34,588 nucleotides of DNA from positions 1 to 34,588 of the IMG/VR virus record IMGVR_UViG_3300020431_000001. The stretch is one strand, 5' to 3'. Below are positions 1-9,804 of this stretch, in pieces; position 1 is the stretch's first letter; each line of letters opens with the position of its first letter. Source of the stretch: a virus. Lineage: Duplodnaviria; Caudoviricetes. Position numbers and translations under genes: made by a program. Below the pieces are notes generated by a model. That model was not told the DNA's origin. It worked only from the letters and a program-made list of their open reading frames with translations, and made no database searches.

Positions 1-77
1 ACCAACCCACAATTAAGGACAACTACCATTAAGACTTGGATAGATTGGTTTCCAGAGAATGACTGGGGTAGGTTTAG
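1..77. repeat. Terminal overlap, identical to 34512-34588 (circular contig junction)
   Basis: accaacccac...ggtaggtttag occurs at both ends, 77 nt exact; the terL reading frame continues across the junction. Confidence 0.97.
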
Positions 78-1329
78 ATGGTCTGTACCCTTTACTCACC
101 ACATAAAGAAAGGGGATATAGACGCTGAAATTATTTTTTTGGCACTAGATCGCCCAGAAGATGTAAAGAAACTGCTGTCATTAGAGTTAACTGGTATCTG
201 GGTTAACGAAGCAAGAGAGATTCCCAAGTCTATTATAGATGCGTGTACCATGAGAGTAGGCAGATACCCCTCAATGAGGGAGGGAGGACCGAGTTGGTAC
301 GGAGTTATCTGTGATACCAACGCTCCAGAAGAAGATCACTGGTGGCCCATCATGGCTGGCGATACTTTAGTACCAGAACACATTAGTAGAGAAGAAGCAT
401 TGATGTTAGTCAAGCCTGACAACTGGGTATTTTGGAATCAACCACCGGGAATGTTAGAAGATAAGAACGAACAACACGAAATTATAGGATATAAAAGTAA
501 TTCACTTGCCGAGAATAAGAAACATATAACCCCAGACTACTACAAGAATGTAGTAAATGGTAAGACTCGTTCTTGGATTGATATATATGTAATGAATAAG
601 CTAGGTAGATTGGATGATGGCAAGCCTGTATACCCTGATTTTAACAAGTCTACCCACGTTGCGGAGGAATATATACCAGTTGCAAATGGTCAAACAGTCT
701 ATGTAGGTATGGACTTTGGATTGACACCAGCTGCCGTATTCGCCCAAAAAATTCGTGGGAGGTGGCACATACTTAAAGAAATAGTGTGTATAGACATGGG
801 TATTGTTAGGTTTGCCGAGCTACTACGACAGGATATTGCACAGAATTATCAAGGATGTGACTTACAAATGTGGGGAGATCCAGCTGGTGACTTCAGAGCG
901 CAGACAGATGAAAGTACACCCTTCCAGATTATGCGAGGAGCTGGCGTTCAGGTCTATCCAGCACCTAGTAATGACGTATCATTAAGGCTTGAGTCTGTAA
1001 ATGTAGGGCTTACTAGAATGTTAGAAGGAAACTCTGGTGTCATTATAGATAAGAGATGTAAAGAACTAATAGCTGGCTTTGAAGGTGGGTATCACTACAA
1101 AAGGATGCAAGTAACAGGGCAAGAACGCTACCATGAGTCACCAAATAAAAATAGATTTAGTCATGTGCATGACGCTTTACAGTATCTTATGTTAGGATCA
1201 GGAGAAGGTAGAGGTATTACACACGGAAACTTGCAACAGAAAGCGTTTCAAGTTAATACTTCTTTTAATCCTTTTGACAGGAAGAAGAAACCAAAGAACA
1301 AAGAAAGAAATTTCTGGAGTAAGTTTTAA
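1..1329 (+). CDS. terL: Terminase large subunit, C-terminal part (continues from 34317; about 507 aa in total)
   Basis: Frame 1 is open from base 1 (TNPQLRTTTIKTWIDWFPE...). Walker B-like GIWVNEARE, coupling motif CDTNAP, nuclease motifs VGMDFGLTP, WGDPAG and SHVHDALQY. Confidence 0.95.
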   Translation, partial: TNPQLRTTTIKTWIDWFPENDWGRFRWSVPFTHHIKKGDIDAEIIFLALDRPEDVKKLLSLELTGIWVNEAREIPKSIIDACTMRVGRYPSMREGGPSWYGVICDTNAPEEDHWWPIMAGDTLVPEHISREEALMLVKPDNWVFWNQPPGMLEDKNEQHEIIGYKSNSLAENKKHITPDYYKNVVNGKTRSWIDIYVMNKLGRLDDGKPVYPDFNKSTHVAEEYIPVANGQTVYVGMDFGLTPAAVFAQKIRGRWHILKEIVCIDMGIVRFAELLRQDIAQNYQGCDLQMWGDPAGDFRAQTDESTPFQIMRGAGVQVYPAPSNDVSLRLESVNVGLTRMLEGNSGVIIDKRCKELIAGFEGGYHYKRMQVTGQERYHESPNKNRFSHVHDALQYLMLGSGEGRGITHGNLQQKAFQVNTSFNPFDRKKKPKNKERNFWSKF

Positions 1330-1602
1330 ATGGCACATGAAAATAGAAAAAAGTCTCTACTAAAAAAGCACAGACTTAGTGGTGTTAATAAACCTAAAAG
1401 AACACCAAAGCATAAAACAAAATCACATATTGTTTTAGCAGCAAAAGGTCATGTAATGAAGTTAATAAGGTTTGGTCAGCAAGGTAAAACAGGAGACAAG
1501 ACTATGACTAAAAGAGCTAAGTCTTTTAAAGCAAGGCACGCAAAAAATATTAAGAAAGGTATTATGAGCGCAGCTTATTGGGCAAACAAGGTAAAATGGT
1601 AA
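1330..1602 (+). CDS. Small highly basic phage protein (possible nucleic-acid binding)
   Basis: 90 aa, very Lys/Arg-rich; RFGQQG...SFKARH...SAAYWANKVKW pattern familiar from marine phage hypothetical proteins; starts immediately after the terL stop. Confidence 0.75.
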   Translation: MAHENRKKSLLKKHRLSGVNKPKRTPKHKTKSHIVLAAKGHVMKLIRFGQQGKTGDKTMTKRAKSFKARHAKNIKKGIMSAAYWANKVKW

Positions 1603-1603
1603 C

Positions 1604-1720
1604 ATGAGTTTACTAGCAAACATAAGAAAGCGACAGAAGAAAGGTATCTCTAGGTCAAAGAAGAAGTCTACTATTACTAAGAAGGCGTACTCTTTGATGC
1701 AAAAGGGTTGGAAGAAATAA
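1604..1720 (+). CDS. 38-aa basic peptide (MSLLANIRKRQKKGISRSKKKSTITKKAYSLMQKGWKK), absent from the ORF track
   Basis: ATG 1 nt after the previous stop, open to TAA at 1718-1720; fills the gap in the operon. Confidence 0.65.
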   Translation: MSLLANIRKRQKKGISRSKKKSTITKKAYSLMQKGWKK

Positions 1721-1725
1721 TATAA

Positions 1726-1735
1726 TGTGCGTTGT
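1726..1735 (+). promoter_or_regulatory. Putative late promoter/activator motif TGTGCGTTGT, copy 1
   Basis: The same GTGCGTTG core occurs at 5002-5009 and 15932-15939, each upstream of a structural gene block. Confidence 0.55.
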
Positions 1736-1777
1736 TATTGAAACAATTACATTTACCAATGGCGTAAGGATGGAATT

Positions 1778-1981
1778 ATGTGTTTAAAAGTACCAAAGCC
1801 ACCTAAAGAAAGTCAAGATGCAAAAGCAGCAAGAGCTGGACAATTAAAATCAGAGCTTGATGAACGTACTAGACTTAAAGGTGAGCAAACAGAAGCAGCA
1901 AAACTACTACAGTCTGGCTTTGGTAGGCGATCTCTATTAACAGGATCAGGCGGAGGTAGGGGTTATCCTCTAGGTAAATAG
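1778..1981 (+). CDS. Small virion-associated protein preceding the portal
   Basis: MC..PKPP N-terminus and GRRSLLTG C-terminal motif typical of the small pre-portal gene of T7/BPP-1-like podoviruses; upstream AGGA/GGA. Confidence 0.7.
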   Translation: MCLKVPKPPKESQDAKAARAGQLKSELDERTRLKGEQTEAAKLLQSGFGRRSLLTGSGGGRGYPLGK

Positions 1982-1982
1982 C

Positions 1983-3530
1983 ATGGCTGATAAAGGCGAT
2001 GACGTAAAGAGAATACTTGAGCGTTACAAAACTGCTGAAGGTAATAAGTCTTTATGGGTATCTACATTTGAAGAATGTTATGAGTATGCACTACCACAAA
2101 GAGAAAGTTTCTTTTCAGAAAACCCTGGTGCTAATAGAACAGATAAAATATTTGACGAAACAGCTGTGGTTGGTGTGCAAGAGTTTGCATCAAGACTGCA
2201 AGCTGGGATTGTTCCAAACTTTGCCAGATGGGCTGACTTAGTTGCTGGAGGAGAAGTTGATAAAGAGGAGAAATTAGATGTTAACAAAGCTCTTGACGAT
2301 GTTACAGAGTATGTATTTGAAGTTCTGCAAAACAGTAACTTTAATCAAGAAGTACACGAAAGCTTTCTTGATTTGGCTGTGGGAACAGGTTGTTTACTTA
2401 TTGAAGAAGGCGATGCCCTTAACCCAGTTACGTTTACAGCAGTTCCGCTCCCTCATGTATGCATGGATACAGGACCTAAAGACGATATTGATACGGTTTA
2501 TAGGAAAAGACTAATACGCTGTAAAGATATTTTAATTGCATACCCTGATGCAGAGCTAACACCTCAAATGTTAAAGGATATGACAGAGAATCCTGACAGA
2601 AAAAAAGCATATATAGAAACTGTATATAGAGATTATGATGTATTACCTGATGAACGTAATCATTTCTGCGTTATATCTGAATCAGATAAAAAGAAAATAG
2701 TACATAGAACATTTGACGGAGTAGGATCTAATCCTTATATTTGTTTTAGATGGGGTAAATGTGCTGGTGAAACATATGGTCGTGGGCCTTTAATGAACGC
2801 AATGGCTGCAATTAAAACCACTAACCTAACAGTAGAAATGATTTTAGAAAATGCCCAGATGGCTATCTCAGGTATATATCAGTTGGAAGATGATGGTATT
2901 GTCAATACAGATACAATACAATTACTACCTGGTACGGTTATACCAAAAGCACCAGGTTCGGCTGGGCTTCAACCTATACAGTCTGCTGGTGATTTTAGAG
3001 TATCTGAGCTTATACTTTCAGATATGCGTAATAATATTAAAAGAGCTTTATACAATGATATGTTGGGTGATCCAAACAGAACACCAGCCAGTGCAACAGA
3101 AGTTGCAGAAAGAATGGCAGACCTATCACGAAGAATTGGATCTGCCTTTGGTAGATTACAAGCCGAATTGGTCACTCCAATCTTACGAAGAGTTATATAC
3201 ATCCTTAAGAAACAAGGTAGGATCGAAGTACCACAAGTAAACGGAAGAGAAGTTAAAGTAGTAAGTATATCACCACTTGCACAAGCACAGATGCAAACAG
3301 ATATAGCTTCCGTAGATCGTTTTTTAGAATTAGTTATGGCTAGATTTGGTCCACAAATGTTACCAATGTTAGTCAAAGGGAATGAAGTTGCTAAGTTCCT
3401 TGCTAAGAAGTTTTCTGTACCAGAAGATTTACTTATGACTGATGCTGATCGTCAACAAATAATGCAACAAGCGCAACAAATGGGAGCTATACCAAATGCC
3501 ACAAACGAAGAAGAAGATCCTCGGACCTGA
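1983..3530 (+). CDS. Portal (head-tail connector) protein, T7 gp8/BPP-1-like
   Basis: 515 aa; IFDETA, LDLAVGTG, RWGKCAGETYGRGP, SATEVAER, FGRLQAELVTP, ISPLAQAQ motifs. Confidence 0.95.
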   Translation: MADKGDDVKRILERYKTAEGNKSLWVSTFEECYEYALPQRESFFSENPGANRTDKIFDETAVVGVQEFASRLQAGIVPNFARWADLVAGGEVDKEEKLDVNKALDDVTEYVFEVLQNSNFNQEVHESFLDLAVGTGCLLIEEGDALNPVTFTAVPLPHVCMDTGPKDDIDTVYRKRLIRCKDILIAYPDAELTPQMLKDMTENPDRKKAYIETVYRDYDVLPDERNHFCVISESDKKKIVHRTFDGVGSNPYICFRWGKCAGETYGRGPLMNAMAAIKTTNLTVEMILENAQMAISGIYQLEDDGIVNTDTIQLLPGTVIPKAPGSAGLQPIQSAGDFRVSELILSDMRNNIKRALYNDMLGDPNRTPASATEVAERMADLSRRIGSAFGRLQAELVTPILRRVIYILKKQGRIEVPQVNGREVKVVSISPLAQAQMQTDIASVDRFLELVMARFGPQMLPMLVKGNEVAKFLAKKFSVPEDLLMTDADRQQIMQQAQQMGAIPNATNEEEDPRT

Positions 3531-3768
3531 CGGTTACGAGAGAACACCAGAAGATGAGAAACATATTAACGATTTAATTGTTACTACATTCAATACGCAA
3601 GCTGGAATAGAAACTTTAAAGTATCTTAAATCTATTACAACAGAAAGAGTATCTGGTCCTGATATAGAAGCAAATCATTTGTTTCATAATGAAGGAGCAA
3701 GGTTTATTGTTGCTATATTAGAAACAAGAATCAGACAATATGAAACTCTAAAAGAAGGAGATAAATAA
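3496..3768 (+). CDS. Bbp19-like conserved podovirus protein
   Basis: TF.T.AG..TLKYL and L.HNEG.R motifs; lies between portal and scaffold. Confidence 0.7.
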   Translation: MPQTKKKILGPDGYERTPEDEKHINDLIVTTFNTQAGIETLKYLKSITTERVSGPDIEANHLFHNEGARFIVAILETRIRQYETLKEGDK

Positions 3769-4544
3769 TGTCAGAAGAATCACTCGTAGATGTAAATGCA
3801 ACCCCTGTTGCAGAGGAGTCTGGGGATCATCCTCCCACACTTGCACCAAACGAAACTCAGACTCCGCCTTTACCTGATGGTATACCAGAAAAATTTATAG
3901 ATAATGGTGTAGTTAAGATAGAAGATTTAGCTAAGTCCTATAAAGAATTAGAATCTAAAATTGGTAAAAGTAAAGATGACTGGAAAGAAGAATTAGTTGG
4001 TGAGCTTAAAGCAGAGCAAATGAAAGACAGACCAGCAGATGAAGATTCATATACAGTACCAGAGATTGAAGGCTTTACTCAAGAAGAAATACTAAGCAAT
4101 CCTTTACTAGACTGGTGGAAGAAAACAAGTTTTGAATCTGGTTTTAGTGATGAGCAATTTCACGAAGGCATTAAACAGTTTGCTGATTCTGGAGTTGAAG
4201 AAGTAGACCTAGATGCAGAAATAGCTAAACTAGGTGAAAACGCACAAGCAAGAATAGATAGTGTAACTGGCTGGGCTACTAAAAATCTTACAGAAGATGA
4301 GCAAAGAATAGCTGTAGATATTGGTGCTAGTGCAGAAGGTGTTAGATTCTTAGAGAAAGTAATGAATATGAATAAGACATCTATATCTAGTGCTGATAAA
4401 ATAGACAAGGGTACTGGTAAATTAACGATAGCTGACTTACGAGCTAAGATGCAAGATCCTAGATACCATGATCCACAACGTAGAGATCAAAGTTATATAG
4501 ATGAGATAGAAAGAGGATTCCAAAGTTTAGCTGATGGGAATTAA
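3768..4544 (+). CDS. Capsid assembly (scaffolding) protein
   Basis: Acidic; PEKF...LAKSYKELESKIG and C-terminal MQDPRY motifs of T7 gp9-like scaffolds. Confidence 0.85.
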   Translation: MSEESLVDVNATPVAEESGDHPPTLAPNETQTPPLPDGIPEKFIDNGVVKIEDLAKSYKELESKIGKSKDDWKEELVGELKAEQMKDRPADEDSYTVPEIEGFTQEEILSNPLLDWWKKTSFESGFSDEQFHEGIKQFADSGVEEVDLDAEIAKLGENAQARIDSVTGWATKNLTEDEQRIAVDIGASAEGVRFLEKVMNMNKTSISSADKIDKGTGKLTIADLRAKMQDPRYHDPQRRDQSYIDEIERGFQSLADGN

Positions 4545-5037
4545 AATACAACAACCAGATGTTGAAATGGTTATGGATCTTGCTGAAAATTTATGTGAAG
4601 AAGATATTGTTGAATGTGAGTTGTTTGGGTGCAGTCCACAAGAAGCTTGTATGCAAGCACTTATAAAAACAGACCAAGATGTTTGTTGGATGGCTACTAG
4701 AAACGATGTACCGTTATGTATGTGGGGTGTTCATAAAGAAAACCCTCCTGTTATACTAGGCAAAATGTTTAAAACATCTGGAAGAGTATGGATGTTAATG
4801 GCTAAAGATGTATCAAAGCTAGACAAGTTTACAATACTAAGAGAGTCTTTAAAGTGGGTAGAAATCTTTAACTCACACTATGATTTGTTATTTAATATTG
4901 CAGATTCTAAAAGGCAAGGTATTAAAAAGTTTCTTAAATTTGCTGGCTTTGACATACTAGACTTTACAGAGCCACCATATAGTACGGACCATATATACTT
5001 TGTGCGTTGTAACCCTAAAGATAATGTTATTCATTGA
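4534..5037 (+). CDS. T7 gp13-like (internal virion protein A / GNAT-like) protein
   Basis: NL..ED..EC, CMWGV, GRVWML, LFNI, FLKFAGF pattern. Confidence 0.65.
   Translation: MGIKIQQPDVEMVMDLAENLCEEDIVECELFGCSPQEACMQALIKTDQDVCWMATRNDVPLCMWGVHKENPPVILGKMFKTSGRVWMLMAKDVSKLDKFTILRESLKWVEIFNSHYDLLFNIADSKRQGIKKFLKFAGFDILDFTEPPYSTDHIYFVRCNPKDNVIH
5001..5010 (+). promoter_or_regulatory. Putative late promoter/activator motif TGTGCGTTGT, copy 2
   Basis: Identical 10-mer to 1726-1735, 130 nt upstream of the major capsid gene. Confidence 0.55.
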
Positions 5038-5140
5038 GCTTAACTGCCCAAAAGTATATGGACAACCCTATTAGGATAATTGTACCCAGCACTCACGGAT
5101 AACAGGATGTATAATTTAACTTTAAACTAGGAGAAGATTA

Positions 5141-5965
5141 ATGGCATTAACCATTGACCAAGCGTTTATAACGCAATTCGAAAGTGAAGTTCATCTTGCT
5201 TACCAAAGACAGGGTGCTAAACTTAAGAATACTACAAGACAAGTCAATAATGTAACTGGTTCTACTGCACGCTTTCAAAAAGTAGGCAAAGGAACTGCTG
5301 TTACTAAGTCTCGTCACGCTGAAATATCTAGCATGGACATCACACATACTAATGTAGATGTATCATTAACAGATTTTTATGCAGCTGATTATATTGACAC
5401 ACTCGACCTACTTAAAACTAACATTGATGAAAGACAAGTTGTTGCAACAAATGCAGCAGCAGCTCTAGGTCGTAAGACTGATGACATCATCATTACAGCT
5501 TTAGGTGGCGCTGGCAATTCCATAGCACATGGATCTGCTGGATTAACAAAAGCAAAAGTTCTACAAACATTTGTTGGTATGAACGAAGCTGACATTCCTG
5601 ATGATGGACAAAGATATTTTGTTGTATCACCAGAAGGTTGGTCTGACTTGCTTGCGATTAATGAGTTTGCAAATATGGACTACATTGGCCCAGGTCAACT
5701 TCCGTTCCCATCTGGCGTAACTGCTAAATCATGGCTAGGATTTAACTGGATGCTACACTCTGCATTACCTAAGACTGGTAATAACAGAGATTGCTTTGCA
5801 TACCACAAATCTGCTATCGGTGTAGCAACAGGCTCAGATGTAAGAACAGAAGTTAATTACATACCTGAAAAAGTTAGTAACCTTGTTACCTCATATATGT
5901 CTATGGGAGCTGTCGCTGTCGACACTTCTGGCATATATAAAGTAACCATTGACGAAACAGCTTAA
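5141..5965 (+). CDS. Major capsid protein
   Basis: FITQFESEVHLAYQRQG N-terminus, AAAALGRKTDDIII, WLGFNW; strong RBS (GGAGA); follows the scaffold gene. Confidence 0.93.
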   Translation: MALTIDQAFITQFESEVHLAYQRQGAKLKNTTRQVNNVTGSTARFQKVGKGTAVTKSRHAEISSMDITHTNVDVSLTDFYAADYIDTLDLLKTNIDERQVVATNAAAALGRKTDDIIITALGGAGNSIAHGSAGLTKAKVLQTFVGMNEADIPDDGQRYFVVSPEGWSDLLAINEFANMDYIGPGQLPFPSGVTAKSWLGFNWMLHSALPKTGNNRDCFAYHKSAIGVATGSDVRTEVNYIPEKVSNLVTSYMSMGAVAVDTSGIYKVTIDETA

Positions 5966-5977
5966 GGAGAATAGAAC

Positions 5978-6223
5978 ATGGCTTTAACACTAAGTGAATT
6001 AAAAAAAGTCGGTGGCTCTTCACCAGCAATATGGTACTACAAATCTACGGATGCTGTAGGTACTATTTCCGGCTCTGGTTATTTTAACAACGCTACTAAT
6101 GAGCTTAAACAGTTTGATATAATTTTAACTGTTTCAGCAACAGGTGGCACTGCCGCTGTTGACGTACTTACTGTATCTTCAACATCTGGTAATGCAACTG
6201 TAACGACTGCTGCGTTAGCATAA
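5978..6223 (+). CDS. Small capsid decoration/cement-like protein
   Basis: 81 aa, Thr/Ser/Ala-rich, SGYFN motif; RBS AAGGAG; between MCP and a terminator. Confidence 0.6.
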   Translation: MALTLSELKKVGGSSPAIWYYKSTDAVGTISGSGYFNNATNELKQFDIILTVSATGGTAAVDVLTVSSTSGNATVTTAALA

Positions 6224-6235
6224 CTTAAAGGATTT

Positions 6236-6268
6236 AGGGAGGGTAGCGATTGCGCCCTCCCTTTATTT
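6236..6268 (+). terminator. Rho-independent terminator after the capsid genes
   Basis: agggagggt/gccctccct stem followed by ttattt. Confidence 0.8.
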
Positions 6269-6275
6269 GAAATAA

Positions 6276-6893
6276 ATGGCATCAACAGCTTCAACAAGCG
6301 ACATAGACATTGCATCAAGAGCATTAGTATTGATAGGCGCAGAGCCTATTTCGTCGTTTTCAGGAACAACAACAGAATCACAAGTAGCTACAAACCTATA
6401 CGAAGATATAGTTAGGTCCTCCTTAACTCAAACTCGTTGGAGATTTGCTAGTAATATTGCACAACTATCAAGACTAACAGACGTTCCTGTAGACGAAAGC
6501 AAGTATGCATCAGCATACCAAATACCAACAGAATCATTAATAATACATGGCATAGCTGTCAACGGACAGCAAATAGACTACGATATATTTACAAAGAAAA
6601 TATTTTGTAATGCAAATACAAACGATATTGTTATAGGTGAATACACTTATAGACCAGATACAACAGAATTTCCTCCATATTATATACTTGGCTTACAGTT
6701 TCATTTAGCTTCTGTATTTTCTGGAGCAATAGCAGAAGATGAAAACAAGTCTTTACTCTTTGAGCAAAAAGCACAGCAACAATATATGATTGCTAGAAAT
6801 ATAGACTCACAACAAACAACAACAGAAAGACTTAACCTTAACAGATTTTCTACTTTCAGAGGTAACACACGCACACTATCTAGGAAATTCTAA
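6276..6893 (+). CDS. Tail tubular protein A (adaptor)
   Basis: DIASRAL..IGAEPI.S, RWRFA, AYQIP motifs; synteny. Confidence 0.88.
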   Translation: MASTASTSDIDIASRALVLIGAEPISSFSGTTTESQVATNLYEDIVRSSLTQTRWRFASNIAQLSRLTDVPVDESKYASAYQIPTESLIIHGIAVNGQQIDYDIFTKKIFCNANTNDIVIGEYTYRPDTTEFPPYYILGLQFHLASVFSGAIAEDENKSLLFEQKAQQQYMIARNIDSQQTTTERLNLNRFSTFRGNTRTLSRKF

Positions 6894-9385
6894 TGGCTAA
6901 AGGAAAAATAAAATTTGTTCAAACTAATTTTACTGCTGGCGAATTAGATCCCAGAATGAAAGCAAGAATTGACATTCCAGCATATGAAGGTGGCTGTCTT
7001 AAGCTTAGAAACGCAGTTTTAACTTCGCAAGGCTCTGCCTTCCGCAGACCAGGAACACTATTCGTTGACTCTCTATCAGCTTCAGACGTTGATAATGTAA
7101 GGTTAGAGTCTTTTATATTTTCTGAAACACAAGAATACTTGTTTTGTTTTGAAGTAGGTAAGCTAACTGTATATGAAATAAACAATACTACTGGAGCTAC
7201 AACAGAAGTAGGATTGCCTTCTAACAATGTACCAATTACTACTTATCTATCTGGAGGTGTTAATGTTGCATTTCCTATTAATGCAGACAACATAAGAGAG
7301 TTTACTTTTGCACAGCAAGGAGACACTTTTATTATATGTCACAATACATTTACTCCTATTATAATACAAAGAGCAAGTGCTACAAGTTTTACAGCTAAAG
7401 CTTTAACATTTAAAGTTTCTTCTAACAATGAGGAAACATATCAACCTTACACAAAGCTGGCAGATAGTGACGTAACAATATTACCTAGCTCCAATATTGG
7501 ATCAATTACACTAACTGCCAGTGAATCTATTTTTACATCAGAATGGGTAGGCGAGTCAATACAGTGGCATGGAAAGGAAATATTAATATCTGCTTATACT
7601 AGCGGAACTGTAGTAACTGGTACAGTTAAAGACAGACTGGAAATTGAATTAGGTCTTAATCCTTTCCGCTCTATATCTGGTACAAATACAGTAGAGATAA
7701 CATTAGTTAATCATGGATTTGCAGCTGGAGATAAAATATCTTTAGAAGGATTTGCTGGAGAACCTGGTCTTATCAATAGGTCTGGATTAAATGGTACATT
7801 CCAAATAGGTCGTATTGTTAATGACGATGCGTTTATGATTCAATCTACAACAACTACAAATCAAACTATAAGTCCATTTGGATTTTTCTTTACAGGAGCT
7901 TATACCGCAGCTGGAGGATTTGCTGTTGGTGGCGGAGCTATATCAGGATGGGCCACATACAATTCTGACAATGAAGTAGCTGGGTATACAGGAACTTCTG
8001 CTAATACAAACCCTAACGGCAATGGATCAAGAGACTTTGGTGGTGCTAGTATTAAGATAACTGGTGCAGACTTACCTCCTTCTAGGTCATGGAAGGAACA
8101 AGCATTTGGAACTAGGAATAAATTTCCAAGAGCAATTACGTTTCATCAAAATAGATTATGGTTTGGTGGTACAACCAGTCAACCTGATGCCTTATTTGCG
8201 TCACAATCTGGTGACTACTTTAATTTTGACGTAGGTACTGGAGCAGCAAATGATTCAATACAAACTATACTAGCGTCTGACCAACTTAACGAAGTAAACC
8301 ATATTATATCTAATAAAGGTTTATCTATATTTACAAGCGGTGGTGAGTTTGTTGTGTTACAAGAAGCTGGTACACCATTAACACCAACTAACATACAAAT
8401 AGAGAGGATAACAAGTTATGGATCAACCAGAGTATCTCCTTATATTTGTAATGGTAATACTTTTTTTGTCCAAAGAAATGGTAGGACTATACGAGCTGTT
8501 GAAACGTCAGGTCAAAGCGCATTTGTACCAGCAGACATTTCAATACGTTCTAGTCATCTTATTAACAACCCTATTGATTCTAGCTCTTTTAATGGTTCTA
8601 ACACAAGACCAGAGGAATTTGTTTACTATGTTAATGCAGACGGAACTGTTGGAGTATTCCATACTGCTATAGGAGAAAGCATAGCTTGTTGGGTACTGTG
8701 GGATAATACAGATCAAACTCCTGGGCAAAATGGTTATTTAAAAAAAGTAAAATCAATATCATCTGTAAACGAACATTTGTTTTGGGTTACACAAAGAGAA
8801 GGTTTAGGAACACAAATAGAAAAATTCACTAACTTTGATGAGTCAGATATAACAAAAGAAAATTACTTAGATGATGCTGTTGCTGTTACTGTTGCAAGTA
8901 ATCAAACTATATCTGGTATTCCTAGTCATTGGCATAACAGAACTGTTCATGTTATAAAAGATGATGGTAGTTACAGAGGTACTCAAACTGTATCAGCAAC
9001 AGGAACTTTAGATCCAGTTGCATTAAATTTAAAGTATGAAACAAGTGAAGTTTTTGATAGAGCATATATAGGGTATTCATATTTCTTGAACATAGAAACT
9101 ATGCCAGTAGACTATGCTTACACAGGAGGTTCGTTGACTGGTGGTAGAAGAAGAATAGCCAGAGTAAACGTAGAGACAGAAGGATCGTTATCAATGTCAG
9201 TAAATGGTAAAGAACTATTTAACAGAACAACAGCAACAGGGTTAATACAACAAGATCCTAAAAGAGTTACTGGTAGGCAAGACTTTAGAGTATTAGGTTA
9301 TTCTAAAGATCCAACAATAGTTATTAAACAAACGCTACCAAACTCTTGCGGTGTGTTACAGCTTAGTAGTGAGGTAACTATATAA
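6893..9385 (+). CDS. Tail tubular protein B (nozzle)
   Basis: QTNFTAGELDP, RRPGT, FPRAITFHQNRLWFGG, SQSGDYFNF, FVQRNG motifs. Confidence 0.9.
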   Translation: MAKGKIKFVQTNFTAGELDPRMKARIDIPAYEGGCLKLRNAVLTSQGSAFRRPGTLFVDSLSASDVDNVRLESFIFSETQEYLFCFEVGKLTVYEINNTTGATTEVGLPSNNVPITTYLSGGVNVAFPINADNIREFTFAQQGDTFIICHNTFTPIIIQRASATSFTAKALTFKVSSNNEETYQPYTKLADSDVTILPSSNIGSITLTASESIFTSEWVGESIQWHGKEILISAYTSGTVVTGTVKDRLEIELGLNPFRSISGTNTVEITLVNHGFAAGDKISLEGFAGEPGLINRSGLNGTFQIGRIVNDDAFMIQSTTTTNQTISPFGFFFTGAYTAAGGFAVGGGAISGWATYNSDNEVAGYTGTSANTNPNGNGSRDFGGASIKITGADLPPSRSWKEQAFGTRNKFPRAITFHQNRLWFGGTTSQPDALFASQSGDYFNFDVGTGAANDSIQTILASDQLNEVNHIISNKGLSIFTSGGEFVVLQEAGTPLTPTNIQIERITSYGSTRVSPYICNGNTFFVQRNGRTIRAVETSGQSAFVPADISIRSSHLINNPIDSSSFNGSNTRPEEFVYYVNADGTVGVFHTAIGESIACWVLWDNTDQTPGQNGYLKKVKSISSVNEHLFWVTQREGLGTQIEKFTNFDESDITKENYLDDAVAVTVASNQTISGIPSHWHNRTVHVIKDDGSYRGTQTVSATGTLDPVALNLKYETSEVFDRAYIGYSYFLNIETMPVDYAYTGGSLTGGRRRIARVNVETEGSLSMSVNGKELFNRTTATGLIQQDPKRVTGRQDFRVLGYSKDPTIVIKQTLPNSCGVLQLSSEVTI

Positions 9386-9804
9386 TGGACCCAATACTTT
9401 ATTTATTAGCTGGTGGAATTGGAGCAATAGGATCAATTTATTCTGGAAAAGCAGCAGAAGCTTCTGCAAAAGCTCAAGCTAATGAACTTAGAATACAAGA
9501 AAAAAATGCAATATTAAATTCCATTGCAGAAGAAAATGAAATTGTAAGAGAAAATTTTAAAATACAGCAAGCAAATTTAGCTATGACTCAAGGTGGAGAA
9601 TCTGATTTAGCAATAATACAAGACAACACAAAAACAATGTCAGAAGATTTATCAACAAGTAAAACAAAATCTATCTTGCAAATAGATTCTTTAAGAAGAA
9701 GTAGAATAGGAGTTTTACAAGGTGGGAAAATGGCTAAAAAAGGATCTTTAATAGAAGCTGGTGGTCAGGTAGCTGGAGGGTACGCTAAGTACAAAAATTC
9801 ATAA
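9385..9804 (+). CDS. Internal virion (ejection) protein, gp14-like
   Basis: MDP start, Gly/Ala-rich hydrophobic N-terminus, coiled-coil; position after tail tube B. Confidence 0.7.
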   Translation: MDPILYLLAGGIGAIGSIYSGKAAEASAKAQANELRIQEKNAILNSIAEENEIVRENFKIQQANLAMTQGGESDLAIIQDNTKTMSEDLSTSKTKSILQIDSLRRSRIGVLQGGKMAKKGSLIEAGGQVAGGYAKYKNS

